Positions 37,161 through 44,181 of a DNA stretch of 64,000 bases are shown here, one piece after another (positions within the stretch are counted from its first letter, which is position 1; each line of letters starts with the position of its first letter). The stretch comes from Pseudomonadales bacterium (GTDB lineage Bacteria; Pseudomonadota; Gammaproteobacteria; Pseudomonadales; Azotimanducaceae), in assembly GCA_041738285.1 (NCBI GenBank), contig JBGSQB010000090.1:9980-73979 (forward strand), in the 5' to 3' direction. The position numbers were made by a program, and so were the translations under genes. Under the pieces are notes generated by a model. It was not told where the DNA came from. It was given only the letters and a program-made list of their open reading frames with translations, and did not search any database.

Positions 37161-37859
37161 TCATGTTTTCGCAGCACGCCTGCGTTTGTTCGCGACCAGA
37201 CGCTTGGCGGACTCGCGGTCGATGCTGCTCAGCACGTCGGCGAACGAACGTCGCAGCTCGGTCTTGAGCCAGGTGAGCACCGAGTCGGCCACCTTGTCGG
37301 ATGACCGCGTGTGCCGATTTGCCGCGAGCCCTTCGAGCAGATACAGGGTGATCAGGTTGGCCTGCTGGAAGGCCTCGGACTGAGCGAGATCGGGGAACAC
37401 TTCCTTGACCAGTTCGAGCCAGGATTTGTCGAACTCGCGAATCGCCGGAATCAGTACCTGGGCCAGTTCCGCGTCGGTGCGAGAGGCGACCTGCAATTCG
37501 TGAAATACGACGAAGTATCGGGTGTTGAGCTGCGCCCAGTAGGCGTCGATTCCTTCTTCGATCCGGCTGTGTACGGCATCGGATTGAACGACGTCCTCTT
37601 CGACCAGAAAGAGTTCCAGTCGTCGCTGATTGAGATAGCCGACGGTTGCGTTGATGAGATCGGCACGGGACGGGAAGTGATGCAGCATCGCGCCGCGTGA
37701 CACGCCCGCTTCGGTCGCGATCTTTTCCGTAGTGGTATTGTTGTAGCCGAACTCGTAGAAGCAACGGATCGCGGCATCGAGGATGCCGTTACGCGTGTTT
37801 TCGCTCTTGGTCTGCTGCCAGGTCTTGGTCGAGTCGCCTGACCGCGTGGAACGCGCCAT
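37161..37859 (-). CDS. TetR-family transcriptional regulator
   Basis: HTH TTEKIATEAGVSRGAMLHHFPSR. Start trimmed to ATG 37859. Confidence 0.9.
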   Translation of the reverse strand: MARSTRSGDSTKTWQQTKSENTRNGILDAAIRCFYEFGYNNTTTEKIATEAGVSRGAMLHHFPSRADLINATVGYLNQRRLELFLVEEDVVQSDAVHSRIEEGIDAYWAQLNTRYFVVFHELQVASRTDAELAQVLIPAIREFDKSWLELVKEVFPDLAQSEAFQQANLITLYLLEGLAANRHTRSSDKVADSVLTWLKTELRRSFADVLSSIDRESAKRLVANKRRRAAKT

Positions 37860-37902
37860 GTGTGTCACTCCCGTTGCTGCTCGATTGTAAGGGGGATAGC
37901 CG

Positions 37903-38739
37903 ATGACCGACAAAACAGAAGTACTCCTGATCACAAAAGGCCACCCGTATCAGCGCGATGCCCTCGCGCGCCTGTTCGACGACCTGTCTGGTGTGAATTG
38001 GACGCAGGTGGAGAACCCCGCTGCCGAAGCGTTTTTCGAGCCGAAGCTCGCGGCGCCCTACGACGCCTTCGTCTTCTATGATATTCCGGGCTTGCGGTTC
38101 GGGCCCAAGGGGCCGCAGAGCTCGCCACCGTCTTCGCGCACCGTCGAAAACCTGACGGCGTTACTCGAGCGCGGCTTTGGCATGGTGTTTCTGCATCATG
38201 CAATCGCCGGATGGCCCGCCTGGCCGGAATATTCGGAGATCATCGGCGGCCGTTTCCTTTACCTGCCGGCGATGATGCGCGGTTCTGCGCGCCAGGATTC
38301 GGGATATCGACATCAAGTGACACATCGGGTGGAGGTGCTCGCGGATCATCCCGTCACCGCCGGCGTCGACCCCGTATTCACGATCACCGACGAGTTGTAT
38401 CTGTACGAGGTGTACGAAGACAGCGTGGTGCCATTGTTGCGCAGCGACTACGCATTCGTGCGTGACAACTTCTACTCCGCCGCGCTTGCGGTACGCGACG
38501 GCAAGATGTTCGCCAACGAAGGCTGGGAACATGCGCCGGGCAGCAATCTCATCGGTTGGGTGAAGCACTATCGAAACAGTCCCATCGTCTACCTGCAGTG
38601 CGGCGACGACCCGGTTGCCTACGGCAATCCGCACTTCCAGCGACTGCTGGCCAACGCGATCGGATGGGTCAGCAGCGACGACGCGAAAGCATGGGCGCGT
38701 AGTCGCAATGAGCAGTCACAGGGGAGAAGTGAGGCATGA
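37903..38739 (+). CDS. ThuA-domain protein
   Basis: VLLITKGHPY...VFYD...FLHHAIAGW pattern of ThuA-like class-I glutamine-amidotransferase-like folds. Confidence 0.7.
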   Translation: MTDKTEVLLITKGHPYQRDALARLFDDLSGVNWTQVENPAAEAFFEPKLAAPYDAFVFYDIPGLRFGPKGPQSSPPSSRTVENLTALLERGFGMVFLHHAIAGWPAWPEYSEIIGGRFLYLPAMMRGSARQDSGYRHQVTHRVEVLADHPVTAGVDPVFTITDELYLYEVYEDSVVPLLRSDYAFVRDNFYSAALAVRDGKMFANEGWEHAPGSNLIGWVKHYRNSPIVYLQCGDDPVAYGNPHFQRLLANAIGWVSSDDAKAWARSRNEQSQGRSEA

Positions 38740-39365
38740 CGTTGGAAGTGATCGGGGCAGGTTTCGGTCGAACCGGTACGTTGTCGCTCAAGTTCGCATT
38801 GGAAAAGCTCGGATTCTCCAAGTGCTACCACATGATGGAAGTGATCGCTCATCCCGACCATGCGCAGCGGTGGCGCGATGCGTTTCATGGAGAGGCGGTC
38901 GATTGGGATGCGATGTTCGCCGGCTACCGGGCGGCGGTCGACTGGCCATCGTGCAACTGGTGGCAGGAACTCGCCGAGTACTACCCGGACGCGAAGGTCA
39001 TTCTGAGCACTCGTGACCCTGGGCGCTGGTATGCGAGCGTTCGCGACACGATCTATGCATCCACGCGCGATGCGCTATCGTCGCCGGATCCATCGGTTCG
39101 TGCCCGCGGCCAATGGGCGGACGAACTCATCTGGCAGCACACCTTCAATGGCCGCATGGACGACGAAGCGCACGTGATCGAGGTGATGAAACGCCATGAG
39201 GCGCAGGTAGAGCGCACGATCGCCAAGGGGCGATTGCTGGTGTTCGAGGCGGTGTCCGGGTGGGAGCCGCTGTGCGAGTTCCTGAACGTACCAGTTCCGG
39301 ACGAGCCCTACCCGCGGGTCAACACGACCGAAGAGTTCCTGGCCCGCACGCGACGCGCGGACTGA
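38736..39365 (+). CDS. Sulfotransferase-family protein (P-loop, Sulfotransfer_4-like)
   Basis: IGAGFGRTGTLSLKFALEKLGF PAPS-binding-type N-terminus. ATGA overlap with the ThuA stop. Confidence 0.65.
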   Translation: MTLEVIGAGFGRTGTLSLKFALEKLGFSKCYHMMEVIAHPDHAQRWRDAFHGEAVDWDAMFAGYRAAVDWPSCNWWQELAEYYPDAKVILSTRDPGRWYASVRDTIYASTRDALSSPDPSVRARGQWADELIWQHTFNGRMDDEAHVIEVMKRHEAQVERTIAKGRLLVFEAVSGWEPLCEFLNVPVPDEPYPRVNTTEEFLARTRRAD

Positions 39366-39372
39366 AATGAGC

Positions 39373-39406
39373 GGGGACAGTTTACGTGTTCAGGTTCACT
39401 GTCCTC
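39373..39406. repeat. Family-B repeat, solo arm
   Basis: GGGGACAGTTTACGTGTTCAGGTTCA matches the left arm of the 58469 element (AGGGACAGTTTACTTGTTCAGGTTCGA). It folds locally via GGACAGT/ACTGTCC. Confidence 0.7.
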
Positions 39407-40254
39407 TATGTGGCCATCACCCGAGCGGGGTAGCCTGACCATGACCAGGCATGGGTCGTGCGGCTGACGCCGATCATGAGGCCCCCGGTCGCGCGTGGGT
39501 GAATGAACAACACATCGTTGTCTTCGTCGCTGCCGGTCCAGTCCTTGGGCGCGAGTTGCTTCAATCGATCGCGCAGCTCTGGCAGGCGATCGGTCTCCGC
39601 GTAGCACATGTACAGGCACGGTCCAAACTTCTGCAGGTAGCGGCCCATGGTCTTGGTGCCATCGTGTGGGTTGATGGATTCGATGCGGTGCAGCGCCTCG
39701 GGGTTGAACAGCGTCAGCGTGCCCCGGTATCCGAACGTGTCGGACGCGATCGGCACGAAGTGGCGTGGATCGAGCCCGAACAGCGACGCGAACCGCGCCG
39801 TCGCGGCGCGGGGGTCGTCGGTCAGGTGGGTCACTTCATAGAGGTTCTGCAGCAGGCCGACACGTCGCCGTTGCGCAGACTGAGAGATGACGACCGATAA
39901 ACCTGCTATGCCGAGCCGTTTGGCGCACACGTAGTGCTGCTCCGGGCCGATGGTGGTGGTGACGATCCCCTCTTCGGCGAGTCGCCGCCGCACGCCATGG
40001 ATGTTGCGCGTGGCGACGCCGGCCGCGAACGGACCACCACGGCGGCTGGCAAGGTGGTCTTCGACGGCGCCGGGACCTTTGGGTTCGAGGATCTCGATCA
40101 GCGCGTCGCCCACGCGCACGACATATCGGTGCGCATTCAGCGCGTCCACCGTGTCGGTGTGTTCAACGGCCGCGTCGAGCAGTTCAGTCAGACGTGCGGC
40201 AGTCGCACCTGCGTCGCGCGCAGTGATCAGTACGCGATCGATTCGAGTCAGCAT
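39406..40254 (-). CDS. VOC (glyoxalase/bleomycin-resistance/dioxygenase) family protein, two-domain
   Basis: Repeated beta-alpha-beta-beta-beta-like segments (RIDRVLITARD..., NLYEVTHLTDD...). Weak motif-level call. Confidence 0.5.
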   Translation of the reverse strand: MLTRIDRVLITARDAGATAARLTELLDAAVEHTDTVDALNAHRYVVRVGDALIEILEPKGPGAVEDHLASRRGGPFAAGVATRNIHGVRRRLAEEGIVTTTIGPEQHYVCAKRLGIAGLSVVISQSAQRRRVGLLQNLYEVTHLTDDPRAATARFASLFGLDPRHFVPIASDTFGYRGTLTLFNPEALHRIESINPHDGTKTMGRYLQKFGPCLYMCYAETDRLPELRDRLKQLAPKDWTGSDEDNDVLFIHPRATGGLMIGVSRTTHAWSWSGYPARVMAT

Positions 40255-40293
40255 GGCATCCTCCCCAGGACGTCCTCAACACTACCCGAACGC

Positions 40294-41334
40294 TCATGCG
40301 CCGCCCAGCTGATCTGCCAGCCGGATGAGCACATCGCGGGTATCGTCGAAGGATAGACATGCGTCTGTAACGCTCTGCCCGTACGTCAGGGTCCCGCGGA
40401 GATCCTGGCGGCCTCCCGTCAGATGACTTTCGATCATCACGGCCCGGATCGGCGCGTGAGTCGCCTCGATCTGCGTCGCGATGGACGACACCACGTCGCG
40501 TTGGCGCAGGGGATCCTTGTCGCTGTTGCCGTGACTCGCATCGACCATCAGCCGTGCTGGCAGTTCGGCGCGTTCGAGCAGTGCTACCGCCGCACGCACG
40601 GCATCGGCGCCGTAGTTGGGGCCCGTTTCGCTGCCGCCACGCAACACGAGATGACAGTAGGGGTTGCCAGCGGTTTCGAGAATCGCGGGTGCACCTTCCT
40701 TGGTCAGTGAGGGAAACAGATGGCGCGAGCCTCCGGCGAGGATCGCGTCAACGGCGACCTGAACATTGCCGTCGGTTCGATTCTTGATGCCCACCGGCAT
40801 CGACAGGCCCGAAGCGAGTTCGCGATGGATCTGGCTTTCTGCCGTGCGGGCGCCGATCGCGCCCCAGCTCACGAGGTCGGTGTAGAACTGGCCGAAGGTC
40901 GTGTCGAGGAACTCGGTGGCCGCGGGAAGTCCGCGCGCGGCCACGTCGGCTAGCAGCTGGCGCGCCAGGCGCAGGCCCGTGTTGATGCGATAGGAGCCAT
41001 CCAGATCGGGATCGTTGATGAGTCCCTTCCAGCCGACCGTCGTGCGCGGCTTCTCGAAGTAGACGCGCATCACGAGATACAGGCGGTCCTTCAGTTCGTC
41101 GGCGAGGCGGCTCAACCTGTCGGCGTATTCGAGCGCTGCGTGCGGGTCGTGGATGGAACACGGGCCGACCACGACCGCGAGTCGGGCATCCACCCCATCG
41201 AGGATCGCTTCGAGGCAGCGACGTCCGTCTTCGACAGTTGCTCGAGCGGCTGCGGTCAGTGGAATCTCTTCGTGCAGGATGGCGGGTGCCAGGAGCGGGC
41301 GAACCCGGACGATTCGCAGGTCATCCGTGTGCAC
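40294..41334 (-). CDS. 3-deoxy-7-phosphoheptulonate (DAHP) synthase, class I
   Basis: VVGPCSIHD, KPRTTVGWKGLINDP, GARTAESQIHRE and DASHGNS are colinear with AroF/G/H. Confidence 0.92.
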   Translation of the reverse strand: MHTDDLRIVRVRPLLAPAILHEEIPLTAAARATVEDGRRCLEAILDGVDARLAVVVGPCSIHDPHAALEYADRLSRLADELKDRLYLVMRVYFEKPRTTVGWKGLINDPDLDGSYRINTGLRLARQLLADVAARGLPAATEFLDTTFGQFYTDLVSWGAIGARTAESQIHRELASGLSMPVGIKNRTDGNVQVAVDAILAGGSRHLFPSLTKEGAPAILETAGNPYCHLVLRGGSETGPNYGADAVRAAVALLERAELPARLMVDASHGNSDKDPLRQRDVVSSIATQIEATHAPIRAVMIESHLTGGRQDLRGTLTYGQSVTDACLSFDDTRDVLIRLADQLGGA

Positions 41335-41364
41335 GTGGCACCTCGTCGGTGAGGCTGCCGCGCG

Positions 41365-41682
41365 TCAGGCGCACGTGAGTTGCCCGCAGGTCCCCTGACA
41401 GCAGTCCTCGGTGAGGAATTGAAGTAGCGCGTTCATGCGCTCGAAGTTTGGTCGGCAGATGAGCGCCCGACCCTGACGCTCCTGATCGATCAGTCCCTGT
41501 GCCACCAGTTGTGCGATGTGATGCGATAGGGTGGAGGCCGCAATCCCGAGGCGGGTCTGGATGCGCCCCACCGGTAAACCGTCGCTGCCGGCCTTCACCA
41601 GCAGTCGAAAGATCGTCAGGCGCGTGTCGTTGCCGAGACTCTCCAGGCAACGGGCGGCATCGTCCAGTTTGAGCATAGCCAT
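41365..41682 (-). CDS. ArsR/SmtB-family metalloregulator with C-terminal Cys cluster
   Basis: wHTH LGNDTRLTIFRLL...STLSHHIAQL. The tail CCQGTCGQLTCA resembles C-terminal As(III)-binding sites of some ArsRs. Confidence 0.85.
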   Translation of the reverse strand: MAMLKLDDAARCLESLGNDTRLTIFRLLVKAGSDGLPVGRIQTRLGIAASTLSHHIAQLVAQGLIDQERQGRALICRPNFERMNALLQFLTEDCCQGTCGQLTCA

Positions 41683-41685
41683 TAT

Positions 41686-41756
41686 TATTTCGAATCCTCT
41701 AGAAATAACGAAATGATATTTCGTCGGCTCAGTTCATTTCGATAGTATTCGAAATC
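41686..41756. promoter_or_regulatory. AT-rich divergent promoter/operator with five ATTTCG/CGAAAT motifs
   Basis: ATTTCGAAT (41687-95) and ATTCGAAAT (41747-55) are reverse complements. CGAAATGATATTTCG (41709-23) is a perfect 6-3-6 dyad. Confidence 0.55.
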
Positions 41757-41782
41757 AAATCAACGCATCAAGGAGATGCATC

Positions 41783-42673
41783 ATGCGATTGCAACTGGCG
41801 ATCAACGTCAAAGATCTGGACGCAGCCATCGAGTTCTACACCCGGGCGTTCGGTGTGGCGCTCAACAAACGCGAGCCGGGCTATGCGAATCTGGTTCTCG
41901 AAAAACCGCCCGTGAAACTCGTGCTGTTTGAAAATCCGACCGCTGTCAATCAGCTCAATCATGTCGGTTTCGAAGTATTCGACGATGCCCAGGTCGAAGA
42001 AGCAGCGCAGCGTCTGAGTGCTGCGAACGTTGCAATTCAGAGGCAGGACTCTGAAGTGTGCTGCTTCGCCAAGCAGAACAAGGTGATCAGCTATGATCCC
42101 GACGGGATCATGTGGGAGTGGTATCGCGTGCTGGAAGACTCGAAAACGTTCTTCGCCGAGCCTGACAGACGACGCGTCGGCGCGCAGTTGTTGCGGATGA
42201 CGAGTCAGATCCGCTCGGCACGCGCCAGCGATGTCGAGCGGCTCACCGAGATCGCGATTGCGGCCAAGTCACATTGGGGGTACTCGAAGACGTTCATTGA
42301 GGCGTGCCGTGCGGAACTGACGGTCACGGCGCGCGACGTGTCGAGACTGACGGTGGCGGTTGCCGAGTGCGATGGAACAGCAGTCGCGTTCAGCGCAATC
42401 GAGTGGCTCGCGGATAGCCGCGCAGAGCTCGATGCGCTATTCGTTGATCCTGCCTTCATCGGTCATGGGATCGGTCGCGCCCTCACGGCCGATCTCCTCG
42501 CGGTTGCGGCCGCGCGAGGCGTTCACACGATCGAGATACAAGCAGATCCGAACGCGGCGGGGTTCTACGAGGCCATGGGCGCGCGCCGTGTCGGCGAGCG
42601 CGTGAGTGCAAGCATTCCCGGTCGCATGCTGCCGCTGTATGAATTAGCCGTGTCGGCGCCTACCGAAGTTTGA
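41783..42673 (+). CDS. Fusion protein: ArsI/CadI-type VOC domain + GNAT N-acetyltransferase domain
   Basis: The N-terminus has LAINVKDLDAAIEFY, LNHVGFEV and the vicinal Cys pair in EVCCFAKQNKV. The C-terminus (from MTSQIRSA) has GNAT HWGY..., LFVDPAFIGHGIGRAL and DPNAAGFYEAMG. It is a single uninterrupted ORF. Confidence 0.75.
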   Translation: MRLQLAINVKDLDAAIEFYTRAFGVALNKREPGYANLVLEKPPVKLVLFENPTAVNQLNHVGFEVFDDAQVEEAAQRLSAANVAIQRQDSEVCCFAKQNKVISYDPDGIMWEWYRVLEDSKTFFAEPDRRRVGAQLLRMTSQIRSARASDVERLTEIAIAAKSHWGYSKTFIEACRAELTVTARDVSRLTVAVAECDGTAVAFSAIEWLADSRAELDALFVDPAFIGHGIGRALTADLLAVAAARGVHTIEIQADPNAAGFYEAMGARRVGERVSASIPGRMLPLYELAVSAPTEV

Positions 42674-42779
42674 ATTGCGTCACACATTGACGTATCTGGG
42701 GCGTCGAATCCTCGCCAGGTCACAGCACGCTGTTGGTAGGTTCACGAAACTGACGGTGACCCTTCGTCACGTGACCCCA

Positions 42780-43355
42780 ATGGCTCGATGGAACGAGGAC
42801 GGGTTCACCGGACTCATCACGCCGCACCTCGATCGAATGTACCGGCTGGCCTATCGCCTGGCGGGCCGGCGCGCTGATGCCGAAGACCTGCTGCAGGACG
42901 TGCTCTCGAAGCTCTATGAGCGGCGCGCCGAACTGAGCAGTATTCGGGCGCTTGCACCCTATCTTGGGCGCGTGCTCTACAACCAGTTCATCGACGATCG
43001 CCGTCGCTACGGGCGTCTGCCCATCAAGCTGGTTGGTTCCACCGACGTTGCGACGATTGCGGAGGCGCGTGCGCGCGGACCCGAAGCGCAGGCGGTACAA
43101 GCGCAAGTCGACGCCGGTGTGACACAGGCGCTGGCCCGGCTCTCGGAAGCGCATCGCGTGGTCGTTCTGCTGGCGGACTCGGAAGGCTATTCGCTTCCGG
43201 AAATCGAAGCTTTGACCGGTATCGCTCTGGGCACGCTGAAGTCGAGGCTCCATCGAGCCCGGGCGCGCCTGCGAGAAATTCTCGGATCCGATAAAACCCT
43301 TTCGGCCAATCCATCGTTGAAGCCCGTGGAAGGAGCGAAAAGCGATGCCTTGTAA
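42780..43355 (+). CDS. ECF-subfamily RNA polymerase sigma factor
   Basis: Region 2 EDLLQDVLSKLY and region 4 YSLPEIEALTGIALGTLKSRLHRAR. Start trimmed to ATG 42780. Confidence 0.9.
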   Translation: MARWNEDGFTGLITPHLDRMYRLAYRLAGRRADAEDLLQDVLSKLYERRAELSSIRALAPYLGRVLYNQFIDDRRRYGRLPIKLVGSTDVATIAEARARGPEAQAVQAQVDAGVTQALARLSEAHRVVVLLADSEGYSLPEIEALTGIALGTLKSRLHRARARLREILGSDKTLSANPSLKPVEGAKSDAL

Positions 43356-43974
43356 CGAGCTTACACGACAACTCGACGACTTCATGGATGGTGCCCTGAC
43401 GGCGCTCGCGTCCGAGGCGCTGAGGCGCCATGTGGAGTCGTGCGCGGATTGCCAAGCGGTTCATGCCGCCGAGCGTTCGCTGCGGTCATCACTGGCCCGA
43501 TTGCCTGTGGACGCGCCTGGTCCCGACTACTACGAGCGTGCTCTGGCCTTCGCTCGCCGGCAGCGTCGACGCACCGATCCGCGACGATCGTCGCGGTTCG
43601 GCTCGTTTGCGCTGGCGGCGGTGGCGACGATGGTGATCGCCATCGGCTTGGCCACACTCTCGGATCGCATCGCTCCTTCCGCAAGCATTCCGGAAGTGAC
43701 CATCACATTGGAAGCCGAGAGTTCGGTCAATCTCGTGTTCTCCACGGCGACCGCACTGGCGGATGCAAGGGTGTCGCTCGAACTGCCCGACGGCATCGAA
43801 GTCGTGGGTCATCCCGGCAAGCGCGCACTTGCCTGGACGACGGACCTGCGCCCCGGGAAGAACGCGCTGCGACTTCCACTGGTCGCCCATATCGCGGTGA
43901 ACGATGAGTTGATCGCACGGATTCGTCACGACGGTGAAGAGTCCGAGTTTCGAATGCGAGTGCGCGTGATCTGA
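43345..43974 (+). CDS. Anti-sigma factor (zf-HC2, single TM)
   Basis: HVESCADCQAV zinc-finger motif and TM FALAAVATMVIAIGLA. Overlaps the sigma gene stop by 11 nt. Confidence 0.8.
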   Translation: MPCNELTRQLDDFMDGALTALASEALRRHVESCADCQAVHAAERSLRSSLARLPVDAPGPDYYERALAFARRQRRRTDPRRSSRFGSFALAAVATMVIAIGLATLSDRIAPSASIPEVTITLEAESSVNLVFSTATALADARVSLELPDGIEVVGHPGKRALAWTTDLRPGKNALRLPLVAHIAVNDELIARIRHDGEESEFRMRVRVI

Positions 43975-44007
43975 TCGCGCTGTATTCAGATTTTTGGAGT
44001 TACGACC

Positions 44008-44178
44008 ATCAAGACGAATTCTTTCCTTCTGAGTGCAGCCATTTCTGCAGCGCTACTCGCGTGTCCCGGCTGCACCGACAGCGGCATCACGATGGACATC
44101 GTCGATGACGTCGACTCGATCGATGCGTGGGAGATTGACATCGGTGACGCCGAGGACGGCAAGGACGATCCTGGCTAG
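44008..44178 (+). CDS. Candidate small acidic lipoprotein with a non-canonical (ATC) start
   Basis: GGAG (43996-99) lies 8 nt before ATC 44008. The frame reads (M)KTNSFLLSAAISAALLAC|PGCTDSG...DAEDGKDDPG with stop 44176-78. It is absent from the ORF track because there is no ATG/GTG/TTG start. Confidence 0.35.
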   Translation: MKTNSFLLSAAISAALLACPGCTDSGITMDIVDDVDSIDAWEIDIGDAEDGKDDPG

Positions 44179-44181
44179 ACC

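Noticed and set aside
41687-41755. The ATTTCG motif of the ArsR operator also occurs in family-A repeat arms (CCTATTTCGCGAA), suggesting a link
   Set aside because: The shared element is only 6-7 nt and the flanks are unrelated. A chance match is the simplest explanation.
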